Notes: generated by a model not told the origin, from the letters alone. A DNA stretch of 64,000 bases from Candidatus Staskawiczbacteria bacterium (GCA_026395295.1 JAPLYZ010000007.1:370-64369), one strand, 5' to 3'; shown: positions 48,171-57,673, counted from the first letter of the stretch. A program made the numbers and translations.

Positions 48171-49211
48171 CTAATTACTAAATAATTGTTTGGCTTCGTT
48201 CCATATTCCGGGCTGATTTTGAGTGGTTTTCATCCAGTACCACCATTCTACTCCCCAAAAATAAAATTTGTCCAGGCCTGTTTCTTTGGCAAACTCAACA
48301 TCCTCATTAAAAATATCCGGGTTCATTGATTTTAACTGTTCGTCTAATGGAGCATCCATTAGAGCTTTCGATGCCCAAGGTTCTGCCTGTAATTCTATAC
48401 AAATAACTTTTTTCCCAAATTTGTCTTTTATAATTTGAGCTTTCTTAGCATAAGTCATGGGGTTTAAAAAAGAGTAATTGGCATTAAAACCAAAGGTATC
48501 TGTAACGTGCACCCAAGCGTTTCTATACATTGTAATTCCGACAATGTCGGCTATTTCCGCAGCGTTAGTCCATGCTGACTGCTCTCCCGAATCAGAGATA
48601 ATTATCTGACGCGAAGGATCAAGCGATTTTACCAAAGCAACTTCCGTTTTCAAAAAATTATCATTTTTGTAATACCATGCCGGACATTCGCCAAACTTAA
48701 ACAGAGGCTCATTTTCTACCTGCCAATTAATAATGGCTTTTGAATTTTTATATCTTAAAACAACCTCGGTGATATATTTTAATAACTCAGCCTGCTGACG
48801 GTCTTCCGACAAATTCCGAACCCAGCCGGGAGTGTGGCACTCGGGCCATCGTCCGGTTTTCATTCCAAGCACGTAAATGACTTTCACATTATTTTGCTCG
48901 GCCCGTTTTATCTGCCAATCAACGTCATCAAAATAGAAACTATCTTGTTTGCCCTCAATCCAATTCCAATTTGTGTGAAGTTTTATGTTTTTTACGCCCA
49001 AATCATTAATTATGGCAGAGTAGGCTTCTTTCCAATTAAGTTTCAAATATTCTGCTTGGGACTGAGAGAAATCAACTCCCCAAATGCTATCTTCAACAAT
49101 CGTAACCTTCCCGGAAGAAAAATAAAAAAACATTGCGCCAAGCGCCAATGCCAGTGAAATTACTATAGCTACAAATGCCCAAAGAAATATTTTAAAAAAT
49201 TTAGACATCAA
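48171..49211 (-). CDS. Membrane-anchored GH-A clan glycoside hydrolase
   Basis: WNWIE, RWPECHTP, WQVENEP acid/base motif, ELQAEPW, WGVEWW. Confidence 0.75.
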   Translation of the reverse strand: MMSKFFKIFLWAFVAIVISLALALGAMFFYFSSGKVTIVEDSIWGVDFSQSQAEYLKLNWKEAYSAIINDLGVKNIKLHTNWNWIEGKQDSFYFDDVDWQIKRAEQNNVKVIYVLGMKTGRWPECHTPGWVRNLSEDRQQAELLKYITEVVLRYKNSKAIINWQVENEPLFKFGECPAWYYKNDNFLKTEVALVKSLDPSRQIIISDSGEQSAWTNAAEIADIVGITMYRNAWVHVTDTFGFNANYSFLNPMTYAKKAQIIKDKFGKKVICIELQAEPWASKALMDAPLDEQLKSMNPDIFNEDVEFAKETGLDKFYFWGVEWWYWMKTTQNQPGIWNEAKQLFSN

Positions 49212-49232
49212 AAATTAATTATTAATTAGAAA

Positions 49233-50528
49233 TTAGGAATTAGAAATTATTTGCTCAATGTTGTATGTTCCTTTTTTTTCAATTTCCATAAAACCCTGCA
49301 TTGCCATTTCCGCCAAATCGCCTCCGTCCAATAAATCATAAAACCACTGGTCAGTATATTTTAAGGTTTCTTGAGCAGCGCCGGCGCCTATGTGCAACAG
49401 CCACTTTTTATTAAAATCCTCTTGCGAACCAATTGTTGGCGCAATAATTATGGGAATTCCCAAACCCGCGTAAAAAGAAAGCTCTGATGGTTTTGTCCAC
49501 AAAACATCTGTTTCCCTAAGCGCTTCATTGAAGTTTTTAAAGTATTCGTCTGTTGTCATTCCGGAAAGTATTTGGACCCATCCATCTAATTTTAAGTCTT
49601 TAATATTTTCCATAAAATATCTTCTCAGCTCCTCTCTTACTCCAACGGCAATAACAAATCTTAGTTTCTTGTCTTTTATCTTTTCTTTCAAACTGTTTAT
49701 CGCCCCCAAAGGCACTTCTTTCTGCGCCCCGGCGCCCCCTATAGAAAACATTATAGTTAAAGGATGGTCTGACTTTTGTGGCAATTTTCCTAAGGAACCT
49801 TTAATCAATGGTTCATAGGTTTTTCTGTATCGTCTGCTTGGATCTAAATTCAGAATACGGTGCCCCATATCTTGCTTCAAAATTTCCAAATTTTTGCCTA
49901 GGTTTTCTTTGGGCAGAGGGTATCCGGTCAAAAAAATGCGCTCTGGTTTTACGCCATAAAGTTTTAACCTATCCCTCACCCATGTACAAGGAGCAAAATA
50001 CTCAATCTTGCTTTTTTGAGAGTTTAACGAAACCCATGACCTGTTTATATCCGCATCGCAAATAACGCAATAAATTTTCCCTGGATATTTCAATTCTTCG
50101 GCCATAAAAGCCGGAGTGAAAAATGTAGACACTATTGGCAATGGATTCTTTTTGAACCTTTCAATCAAGTCTCTGCCCCATCCTTTCCTGATAAAATAAA
50201 AAATGTTTTTTAAGGAAAAAACCGGACGAGATAAGTCCCTCTTAGGATAGTAAGTTAAAATCCTTTGAAACCTATCCAAAAGAGAAAAAACAGGATCTCC
50301 AAAAAAAGGGATCCTTTTGAATCTTGAAATAAATTCGTACAGATAACGGGTCTGCTGCCAAAAATTTTTGTCTTTCTTGGGTATGCCGTCGTAGTTATTG
50401 GCGCAAATAACCTTGTCGCCAAAAGCAATATCCCTCAACGGATAAGCTGTTCTCTGATGACCATAGCCCATGTCAGCGGCTACCACCCAAGCCTGTCCTT
50501 GTTTTGTTATTTTTTTTCTGTTTTCCAT
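49233..50528 (-). CDS. GT-B protein related to MGDG synthase/UgtP (DUF6938-like)
   Basis: DMGYGHQR, TGYPLP, GGAGAQ, WTKPSELSFY, GSQEDFN. Confidence 0.65.
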   Translation of the reverse strand: MENRKKITKQGQAWVVAADMGYGHQRTAYPLRDIAFGDKVICANNYDGIPKKDKNFWQQTRYLYEFISRFKRIPFFGDPVFSLLDRFQRILTYYPKRDLSRPVFSLKNIFYFIRKGWGRDLIERFKKNPLPIVSTFFTPAFMAEELKYPGKIYCVICDADINRSWVSLNSQKSKIEYFAPCTWVRDRLKLYGVKPERIFLTGYPLPKENLGKNLEILKQDMGHRILNLDPSRRYRKTYEPLIKGSLGKLPQKSDHPLTIMFSIGGAGAQKEVPLGAINSLKEKIKDKKLRFVIAVGVREELRRYFMENIKDLKLDGWVQILSGMTTDEYFKNFNEALRETDVLWTKPSELSFYAGLGIPIIIAPTIGSQEDFNKKWLLHIGAGAAQETLKYTDQWFYDLLDGGDLAEMAMQGFMEIEKKGTYNIEQIISNS

Positions 50529-50674
50529 TATTACTATTATACATTATTTTTTAGAAAGTTTTAACACCCCTGCACATACTTGCAAATAAATGTATATGTG
50601 ATATAATATATTTACTCGCGTTGAATAATGGAACAATGTGAGAACAGAACCTTTACAAGTTAGGGAGCTAAATT

Positions 50675-51118
50675 ATGGAAAGATATCGTGCTATAAAGAA
50701 TCCGAATCCGAAAGCTATATTCATCAGATGCGGAGACCCGCGGTTTAGGATAGCGTTTCGCGATTTTCCCAAAGAATTGGGATTTGAACAGGGAGATTTC
50801 GTGCCGATCGACGTTGCCGGAGGACCGGCGGCGCTGGCGTACAGAAGAACACGTGCGGCCGACTTCTGCCACATGAGACGGCAAATTGAATTTTTCCTTG
50901 GCCACTTCAGATCTATTCAGTTGGTGGTTATCATTGGCCACCAAGATTGCGGTTATTACAAAGCCATTGGGAATCCGGCTCCGGACCAGGAGAAGCTTGA
51001 CCTACCAAAAGCCGCGAAAACCATTCGAGGAATGGCGCCAGAAGCGGAAGTTCAATCCTACTATGCCAAATTCGCTGACGAAAGTCGCGAAGAAATCGTT
51101 TTTGAAAAAGTAGGGTGA
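50675..51118 (+). CDS. Putative beta-class-like carbonic anhydrase
   Basis: CGDPR and HQDCGYY zinc-ligand pattern; TTGCAA-N16-TATAAT promoter; terminator-like stem at about 51135..51160. Confidence 0.7.
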   Translation: MERYRAIKNPNPKAIFIRCGDPRFRIAFRDFPKELGFEQGDFVPIDVAGGPAALAYRRTRAADFCHMRRQIEFFLGHFRSIQLVVIIGHQDCGYYKAIGNPAPDQEKLDLPKAAKTIRGMAPEAEVQSYYAKFADESREEIVFEKVG

Positions 51119-51166
51119 CAAACCCTAAGCGTTGTCGTGGAAAAATCCACGGCTTTTTTTATTAAA

Positions 51167-52660
51167 CTAAATAAACTTTCGAGTATATTTTCTGTTCAAA
51201 TAACTTGTGACAGAAGCTATTGTTAAATAGGAAATGGCCAGCCATGCCCAATGAATGTTTTGAACTGTTTTCATCGCCCATGGTTGCGAGAAAAAATCTA
51301 TCACTTTTACAAAATATGTCAGCAAAAGCCAGCAAGGAACAGATAAAATCCAGCCCAACCAACTGGAAAAAACTCCGGCTATTGACGCTAAAAATCCAAG
51401 ACCCATAAGCCATGAAACAATAGGCAAAACCAAAAAATTTGTAACAGGCGCCACAAAAGATATATTCCCGAAGTTATAAACCATAACGGGTAAGGTGAAA
51501 ATTTGAGCCGCAAAAGTTGTTGAAACAATACTGACCAGGTTTTCCGCTTTATCTTTGGTAAAAACTTTTATAAATTTTTTAATAAGCGGGTCTAAATATA
51601 TCAACCCCAAAACAGCCAAAAAAGAAAGCTGAAACCCAACATCATAAATTAGAAGCAAAGGGTTTATCAAAAGCATTATTGAACAAGCTAAAGTTATCAA
51701 CCTAGAACTCATGGTTTGTCTGCCAATTTTTTGGGATAAAAGATAGACTCCGCCCATAATGCCGGCCCTTACTCCAGAAGACGGCAAACCGGTCAGCACA
51801 ATATATGTACAGATAAAAACCATTGCAATATAAAAAGCCTGCCCTCTCCAGAAACCCATGGCCAGCAACAGAAACATAATAATTGAAGCCAAAATCACAA
51901 CATGCGTGCCGGAAACAGCTATGACATGACGCAGTCCGGTGATATTAAGCTTTACCTTCAAATCATTTGTCATGGCTCCATTATCTCCCAATATTGTTCC
52001 TTCTAAAATTGAACTTTGCGGAGGTAAAAAATTATGCTTGATGCTTTCCCTTATCTTTCCTTTGAAAAACAAAATCCAAGAATAAATTTTTTGAAATATA
52101 CTCGGCTTTATTTTGCCTACTTCCCCGCCCGAGGCGGGTCCGCCTAGGGCGGAAATCTTAGGGAACCCCATTATAGAGTAAATATGGTCTTTTAATAAAT
52201 AATTTTTATAATTAAAAGTATCGGTAACTGATGGAGTTTCCAGTTTACCTGTAATTTTTACTGTGTCTAAATACTTATATTCAGGATATCGGTTGGTGGT
52301 TACCAGAATTACACTATCGCCAACTTCTACTTTCAACTTCTGGAAAGTGTCTCTGACATCCGGCTCGCCTGCAACTACGCCGGTCATAAAAACTTGCCCC
52401 CTCCCATTAAACTTACTTAATTTATCATTAGCGATATTGAATTCTGAAATCTGAACCCTCACAATGCCGACGACTATCAATAATAAACATAACCCTGCGA
52501 CAGAGCTTACCCTCTTTACTAAAAAAGATAAAAAAACAAGAACGACCCCCAAAAATAAAATCCCCCAAATAAAATTTTGAGGAATTTTTATTACAGATTC
52601 CAAAAATATTCCCGCAACAAATGACAGACAAAAATAAAATAATATCTTAGACGCGCTCAT
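51167..52660 (-). CDS. comEC: ComEC/Rec2 competence protein (no C-terminal metallo-beta-lactamase domain)
   Basis: GLRHVIAVSGTHV, SGVRAGIM, DVGFQLSFLA. Confidence 0.9.
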   Translation of the reverse strand: MSASKILFYFCLSFVAGIFLESVIKIPQNFIWGILFLGVVLVFLSFLVKRVSSVAGLCLLLIVVGIVRVQISEFNIANDKLSKFNGRGQVFMTGVVAGEPDVRDTFQKLKVEVGDSVILVTTNRYPEYKYLDTVKITGKLETPSVTDTFNYKNYLLKDHIYSIMGFPKISALGGPASGGEVGKIKPSIFQKIYSWILFFKGKIRESIKHNFLPPQSSILEGTILGDNGAMTNDLKVKLNITGLRHVIAVSGTHVVILASIIMFLLLAMGFWRGQAFYIAMVFICTYIVLTGLPSSGVRAGIMGGVYLLSQKIGRQTMSSRLITLACSIMLLINPLLLIYDVGFQLSFLAVLGLIYLDPLIKKFIKVFTKDKAENLVSIVSTTFAAQIFTLPVMVYNFGNISFVAPVTNFLVLPIVSWLMGLGFLASIAGVFSSWLGWILSVPCWLLLTYFVKVIDFFSQPWAMKTVQNIHWAWLAISYLTIASVTSYLNRKYTRKFI

Positions 52661-52673
52661 CCTTATTGTACAG

Positions 52674-52711
52674 TAGTCTTACAAATATACAAGCTTATAT
52701 ATTTGTAAGAC
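52674..52711. repeat. Palindrome A1, downstream flank of wHTH-Cas2-like gene A
   Basis: ta-gtcttacaaatata-c-aagctt-a-tatatttgtaagac; ends 1 nt from the stop codon. Confidence 0.9.
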
Positions 52712-52712
52712 G

Positions 52713-53240
52713 TTAGATTTCTTCAATTATAAATACTTTAACGTAATTATCTAATGAATGCATCTGCAACAATTGCTCTGTTTTCCCTGAAACATCATAA
52801 GGTGAAACCCAAACGCTTTGTTGAAGTAATTTATAGCCAAGATTAATCAAAATGCTCTTTAATAGATTCCTTGCCTTTCTACGCTTTTCAGGAATATCAA
52901 AAATTAACATTATCCACTTGCCATCTTTTCTCTTCTTCTTTCCTTCGATAGCAAAACTTGCTTTCAGCGCCTTACTTATCCCATCTTTTGTAAGAATTAT
53001 AGCTTTTTTATTTTCTAAATTTTTTATCTTTATGTAGCCTTTTCTCTTAAGATAATAAATAAGGTTTCTGAACTCCCTTTTGTTTCTGTCGTTTCTGTAT
53101 TTTTTATAAATTGGGTTTTGCGGACCTGGCAAGAAGTTCCTCATAGTAGGCGCTCTGAACGCAAAATCAGCAATATTGCCCGCACTGCTCAAAAAATTAT
53201 AGACATCCCAAAGAAACTGATCTGTGATTGATATTCTCAT
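52713..53240 (-). CDS. Winged-helix + Cas2-like (PaaX central domain) protein A
   Basis: IYYLKRKGYI...LTKDG wHTH; DGKWIMLIFDIPE...LGYKLLQQSVWVSPYD. Confidence 0.8.
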   Translation of the reverse strand: MRISITDQFLWDVYNFLSSAGNIADFAFRAPTMRNFLPGPQNPIYKKYRNDRNKREFRNLIYYLKRKGYIKIKNLENKKAIILTKDGISKALKASFAIEGKKKRKDGKWIMLIFDIPEKRRKARNLLKSILINLGYKLLQQSVWVSPYDVSGKTEQLLQMHSLDNYVKVFIIEEI

Positions 53241-53290
53241 TTTAGTATCATCTTAATATCGTTCGTCTCCTACATTTTATATTTTATCAC

Positions 53291-53329
53291 AGTCTTACAA
53301 ATTTAGAAGCTTGTATATTTGTAAGACTA
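53291..53329. repeat. Palindrome A2, upstream flank of gene A
   Basis: agtcttacaaatttagaagcttgtatatttgtaagacta matches the reverse complement of A1 with 2 mismatches. Confidence 0.9.
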
Positions 53330-53436
53330 TTTATCATGGGAAAAGTAGATAAAAACAGACAAGAATTGACAAAAAAATTAATTAGGATTAACATAAAAAT
53401 AAGTTAACAATTCGAACTTTGACAAAAGGATTCCCG

Positions 53437-53727
53437 ATGAATAAATTGAATGCAATTTTTGATAAGATGGCAAGGGCAATCGCGCCATTTTCATGGCCCT
53501 TGGCAATTATCTGCAGCTTGCTAACGTTCGCTTACCAATCGACTAAGCTGCATAATAGCCCAACATTCACTGCCGTCTTTGCCGGCGTTTTTCTCTCCTG
53601 CTCAATCTTTTTATGGGCCGAGTTCTGGATAAGGCGCAATCGGCTTTATCCCCTTGCCGGGCTTTGCTCTTCAATCTGGTTGCTTATGAGTACGATGCTT
53701 TTCATCAAGCTCATCGAGCTGTTATAA
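53437..53727 (+). CDS. Small 3-TM hypothetical membrane protein
   Basis: TTGACA-N17-TAACAT promoter, AAAGGA SD, terminator immediately downstream. Confidence 0.65.
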   Translation: MNKLNAIFDKMARAIAPFSWPLAIICSLLTFAYQSTKLHNSPTFTAVFAGVFLSCSIFLWAEFWIRRNRLYPLAGLCSSIWLLMSTMLFIKLIELL

Positions 53728-53759
53728 TGCCCCCCCCCGGCTTTAAGGGGGCTTTTTTT
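53728..53759 (+). terminator. Intrinsic terminator
   Basis: gccccc...gggggc followed by a T run. Confidence 0.65.
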
Positions 53760-54462
53760 ATCTAAGTTGGCAGAGTTTAAAATATGGCGAAATTTCTTTG
53801 ACAATTTCATCCAAAAAATCTTTTTTGAATGGTTTTACTTTCTCGAATTCCGGGTCAATGGTTTTTTCTGCCCTAAAATTTTGCAAATAGTATTTAACAT
53901 TTTTACCGCCAATCCATTTTGCAATTTCCAAAAAATCTTCTTTCGTGTGTATTGTAGGCACAACAGTTGTGCGAAATTCAAAATCCAATTTCCCATTTTT
54001 CAAAAAACCAACACTTTCTTTTATTTTGTCTATTGTTATCCCTTCTGTCATTAAGCTTTGATAAGCAGGATTTTTAGGGGAGGCCTTGATGTCCATTGCA
54101 ACGTAATCTATTAAATTTTTGCTAATTAAATCTTCCAAAATTTCCGGGTTTGAACCATTGGTATCTAACTTAACGAAATATCCTAAAATTTTAATTTTTT
54201 CTATAAACTGAGCCAACTCTTTATTTATTGTCGGCTCTCCTCCACAGACTACGACCCCTTCTAAAAGTCCTTGCCGGCTTTTTAAAAAATCAAAAAACTC
54301 TTTTTCAGAAATTCTCGGCTGTTTTACAATTTTCAAAGGTAAAACCAGCTCCGAGGAATAACACCACGGACATCTGAAGTTACACCCAGCCAAAAAAACA
54401 ACACAGGCAATTTTCCCCGGGTAATCAATTAAAGTTGTTTTTTGCAAGCCGGCGATTATCAT
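53758..54462 (-). CDS. nrdG: Anaerobic ribonucleotide reductase activating protein (radical SAM)
   Basis: LIDYPG, GCNFRCPWC, GGEPT, KLDTNG, EFRTT. Confidence 0.9.
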   Translation of the reverse strand: MIIAGLQKTTLIDYPGKIACVVFLAGCNFRCPWCYSSELVLPLKIVKQPRISEKEFFDFLKSRQGLLEGVVVCGGEPTINKELAQFIEKIKILGYFVKLDTNGSNPEILEDLISKNLIDYVAMDIKASPKNPAYQSLMTEGITIDKIKESVGFLKNGKLDFEFRTTVVPTIHTKEDFLEIAKWIGGKNVKYYLQNFRAEKTIDPEFEKVKPFKKDFLDEIVKEISPYFKLCQLR

Positions 54463-54475
54463 ACTTTAATATAAC

Positions 54476-54506
54476 AAAAAAGCCCCTTACTTAAAAGGGC
54501 TTTTTT
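54476..54506 (-). terminator. Terminator-like hairpin between nrdD and nrdG
   Basis: aaaaaagccc...gggctttttt. Confidence 0.55.
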
Positions 54507-54509
54507 ATT

Positions 54510-56678
54510 TTATGCAGTTACTTTTTGTTCCACGGGCGAACTTTCTTTCACTGCTTCTGTCGGGCAGATAAACTCCTTTCGTTCTTTGTATTCTTCCTGC
54601 TTGCCTTTATGCCATTGCTGAACAGGCCTGATATAACCCACTACCCTTGAATAAACCTCGCAAGGCTGTTTTATGGTGCACTGAGGACACTCGAAATGTT
54701 CGCCGGAGATATAACCGTGTGTCGGACAAATTGAGAATGTTGGAGTCAAAGTAATATATGGCAAGCTATAATTTTCACATATTTTTCTCACTAAATTCTT
54801 TGCCATATTAGGATCAGAAATTTTCTCTCCTAAAAATATGTGCAAAACAGTTCCACCGGTATATTTTGTTTGAAGGTCGTTTTGCAGTTCAAGAGCTTGA
54901 AAAATATCGTCAGTAAATCCAACAGGCAACTGGCTGGAATTAGTGTAATAAGGGACTTCCTTGGTGCCGGCTGTAACAATATCAGGATATTTTTCTTTAT
55001 CGGTTTTCGCCTGCCTATAACTTGTCCCTTCTCCCGGGGTTGCTTCCAAATTATATAAATTCCCCGTTTCTTCCTGGAATTTAACCATTTTGTCTCTCAT
55101 AAAGTCCAAAATTTCAATCGCAAACTTTTTGCCCTTTGGGGTTGTTATGTCTTCTTCTAAAAAGTTAATCAAAGCTTCGTTCATGCCCATTATTCCAATA
55201 GTCGAAAAATGGTTCCCAAAATAAGTGTTTCTCATCTTTTTCATTTCCTCTAAATAGTGCCTCGAATAAGGGTAAAGTCCTTTTTCCATGAAGTCGTCTA
55301 AAGCTTTTCTTTTAATTTCCAAACTTTCTTTTGCCAGCTCCATCAAATGGCTAAGCTTATCAAAAAATTCTGATTTTGTTTTTGATGTGTATCCGATTCT
55401 TGGCAGGTTTATAGTAACTACTCCAATTGATCCTGTTTTTGGCGAAGAGCCGAATAATCCTCCTCCTCTTTTGTAAAGTTCTCTGTTGTCTAAACGCAAT
55501 CTGCAGCACATTGACCTGGCATCATCCGGACTCATGTCGGACTGGATAAAGTTGGAAAAATAATTTATGCCGTATTTTGCCGTTGCCTCCCACATTGCCG
55601 CCAAATTTGGATTGTCCCACTCAAAATCTTTAGTAATTGAGACTGTCGGAATTGGAAAAGTAAACGGCCTGCCGGATGCATCGCCCTCCATCAAACCTTC
55701 GTAGAACGCTCTGATAAACATATCCATTTCCGGCTGAAAATCTCCATAAGTTTCGTCTTGAACTTCGCCTCCTATAATAATCGGCTGTTTCGCCAAAAAT
55801 GCCGGCGGTTTGATGTCTAAGGAAACATTCAAAAATGGTGTTTGAAAACCAACGCGAGTTGGCACCATGCAACTGTACAAAAATTCCTGCATCACCTGCT
55901 TAACTTGTTTGTAATCTAATTTGTCATATCTTATAAACGGAGCCAAAAGCGTATCAAAGTTGGAAATGGCATTTGCTCCGGCTGTTTCTCCTTGCAAAGT
56001 GAACAAAACATTAACCAATTGTCCCATGGCAGTTCTCAAATGCTTTGGAGGTTTGCATTCTATTTTTCCGGGAACTCCCCCAAATCCTTTTATTAAAAAA
56101 TCATACAAATCCCATCCTGCGCAATATGGCGCCAAAAGTTCTAAATTATGAATATGAAAATCTTCGTTTGCCGCCGCATCTCTTATTTCTTTGGGATAAA
56201 TTTTATTCAGCCAATATTTCTTGGAAATGTAAGAGCCCACATACTGGTTTAATCCCTGCAAGGAAAAAGTCATATTGGCATTCTCTTTTACCTGCCAATC
56301 AATTTCTTTAAGATAACTGTCTATTTTTTCCGATGACTCGTCGCTGACTTTTGCCGCTTCGCGGATTGCCCTTCTTTGCTCTCTGTACAAAACATAGGCC
56401 TTGGCTGTTTCAACTAAACCCTCCAGCATAAGCGCCTCCTCAACAATGTCTTGTATCTGCTCTATGCTCGGAGTTTCGTCTTTTTTAAATCTGCGGTTCA
56501 GTAAGCTGACAACTTTATCTGAAACTCTTTTTGAAACTACACCATCTCCCTGGTTTGTCGCCACAACTGCTTTGTGAACTGCCTCTGCAATTTTTTCCTG
56601 CTCAAAATTAACAACCCTTCCGTCTCTTTTACGAACTTTTTCCACGTGATTTTTTACCTCCTCTTTTTCTGATGTCAT
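54510..56678 (-). CDS. nrdD: Class III anaerobic ribonucleoside-triphosphate reductase with ATP cone
   Basis: VRKRDGR ATP cone, SMCCRL, EATPGEG, YTGGTV, CPTHGY...CPQC, YSRVVGYIRPV glycyl-radical motif. Confidence 0.95.
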   Translation of the reverse strand: MTSEKEEVKNHVEKVRKRDGRVVNFEQEKIAEAVHKAVVATNQGDGVVSKRVSDKVVSLLNRRFKKDETPSIEQIQDIVEEALMLEGLVETAKAYVLYREQRRAIREAAKVSDESSEKIDSYLKEIDWQVKENANMTFSLQGLNQYVGSYISKKYWLNKIYPKEIRDAAANEDFHIHNLELLAPYCAGWDLYDFLIKGFGGVPGKIECKPPKHLRTAMGQLVNVLFTLQGETAGANAISNFDTLLAPFIRYDKLDYKQVKQVMQEFLYSCMVPTRVGFQTPFLNVSLDIKPPAFLAKQPIIIGGEVQDETYGDFQPEMDMFIRAFYEGLMEGDASGRPFTFPIPTVSITKDFEWDNPNLAAMWEATAKYGINYFSNFIQSDMSPDDARSMCCRLRLDNRELYKRGGGLFGSSPKTGSIGVVTINLPRIGYTSKTKSEFFDKLSHLMELAKESLEIKRKALDDFMEKGLYPYSRHYLEEMKKMRNTYFGNHFSTIGIMGMNEALINFLEEDITTPKGKKFAIEILDFMRDKMVKFQEETGNLYNLEATPGEGTSYRQAKTDKEKYPDIVTAGTKEVPYYTNSSQLPVGFTDDIFQALELQNDLQTKYTGGTVLHIFLGEKISDPNMAKNLVRKICENYSLPYITLTPTFSICPTHGYISGEHFECPQCTIKQPCEVYSRVVGYIRPVQQWHKGKQEEYKERKEFICPTEAVKESSPVEQKVTA

Positions 56679-56750
56679 ATTTTTCTTGGGACAAAAAAAT
56701 GGCCTAAGCCTTAATTAACTTTTAATATTATCTCACTATTACTATACTAC

Positions 56751-56809
56751 ATTTTACTCCAAAGAAAAATCGTGTCAAATTTTATTTCCGAGAGAAGCCC
56801 TGTGGATAA
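56751..56809 (-). promoter_or_regulatory. nrdD sigma-70 promoter with an upstream DnaA box
   Basis: Minus strand TTGACA-N16-TAAAAT (56778..56751); TTATCCACA at 56809..56801; weak NrdR-box-like atacaatgtatagtgg at 56930..56945. Confidence 0.55.
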
Positions 56810-56939
56810 ACTAATTAAACACTCAAAAATATGTTTTCGCAGGAAACTAAGCAATAAAAACCACCACTTACTAAAAACTCCAGTAAAAATTCCGGTGATA
56901 TGCAACGAATAATAAACAACGTATAATATATACAATGTA

Positions 56940-56981
56940 TAGTGGTAGCGTTTTTGTCGTTCGCCAAAAAACTTACCACTA
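56940..56981. repeat. Palindrome B1, downstream flank of wHTH-Cas2-like gene B
   Basis: tagtggtagcgtttttgtcg-tt-cgccaaaaaacttaccacta; inner arm degenerate. Confidence 0.9.
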
Positions 56982-56991
56982 CCACCTTAAA

Positions 56992-57534
56992 CTAATTTAA
57001 CTTAAATCTAAATTTCAAACGCTCTTCACCGTCGATAAAATCCGCTAAAACGAACTTCACATATTTCTCCAATTTTAATAATTTAACCAGCGCCGCTACT
57101 TCTCTTCGGCAATCATATGGATAAACGAATAAACTTTTCTGAAACTCATAAAATCCTGCAGACTTAAATCTATACCTTAGCGCATTCCTCCCCTTTCTAC
57201 ACTCCTCGGGAATATCAAAAGCAAATATTCTCCACTTCTCATCCCATTTTTCTTTTCTATTCTCAAGCCTTCTAAAAGTAATATTTAACGCTCTTAACAT
57301 CCCCTTTTCAGTTAAAGAAACAAGCACCGAGCCATTGTAGTTTTCCTTTTTCTTTATTAATTTTTGTTTGTTTAGGTCTCTAATTCCATCTTTCATTTTC
57401 CCTGGACTAATTTCATTTTTCCAATGGTCAAAATGTTCTGAAATCCAAAACTTCTTTTTCGCCCTATAGCTAAAACCGTAATCTACAGAATCGTACAAGT
57501 GCAATAAAATTTCCTCAATTATAGAATTTTTCAT
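56992..57534 (-). CDS. Winged-helix + Cas2-like (PaaX central domain) protein B
   Basis: LNKQKLI...SLTEKG; WDEKWRIFAFDIPE...GFYEFQKSLFVYPYDC; likely start MKNSII at 57534, just after a TATAAT. Confidence 0.8.
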   Translation of the reverse strand: MKNSIIEEILLHLYDSVDYGFSYRAKKKFWISEHFDHWKNEISPGKMKDGIRDLNKQKLIKKKENYNGSVLVSLTEKGMLRALNITFRRLENRKEKWDEKWRIFAFDIPEECRKGRNALRYRFKSAGFYEFQKSLFVYPYDCRREVAALVKLLKLEKYVKFVLADFIDGEERLKFRFKLN

Positions 57535-57569
57535 TAATTTAATTATACCGCAAATAATATCAAAAGTCA

Positions 57570-57611
57570 TAGTGGTAGCGTTTTTGTCGTTCGACAAAAA
57601 CGCTACCACTA
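57570..57611. repeat. Palindrome B2, upstream flank of gene B
   Basis: Perfect 20-bp arms: tagtggtagcgtttttgtcg-tt-cgacaaaaacgctaccacta. Confidence 0.95.
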
Positions 57612-57673
57612 CTAATACAAAGTATCAATACAACAAAAAACCGCCGAAAAAAATTTAGCGGTTTTTTGAATCT

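Noticed and set aside
52674..57611. CRISPR array or CRISPR-Cas locus suggested by Cas2-like genes and ~37-bp repeats
   Set aside because: Only two copies of each repeat, separated by a whole gene of about 600 bp; no spacer-sized intervals and no cas1 or effector genes
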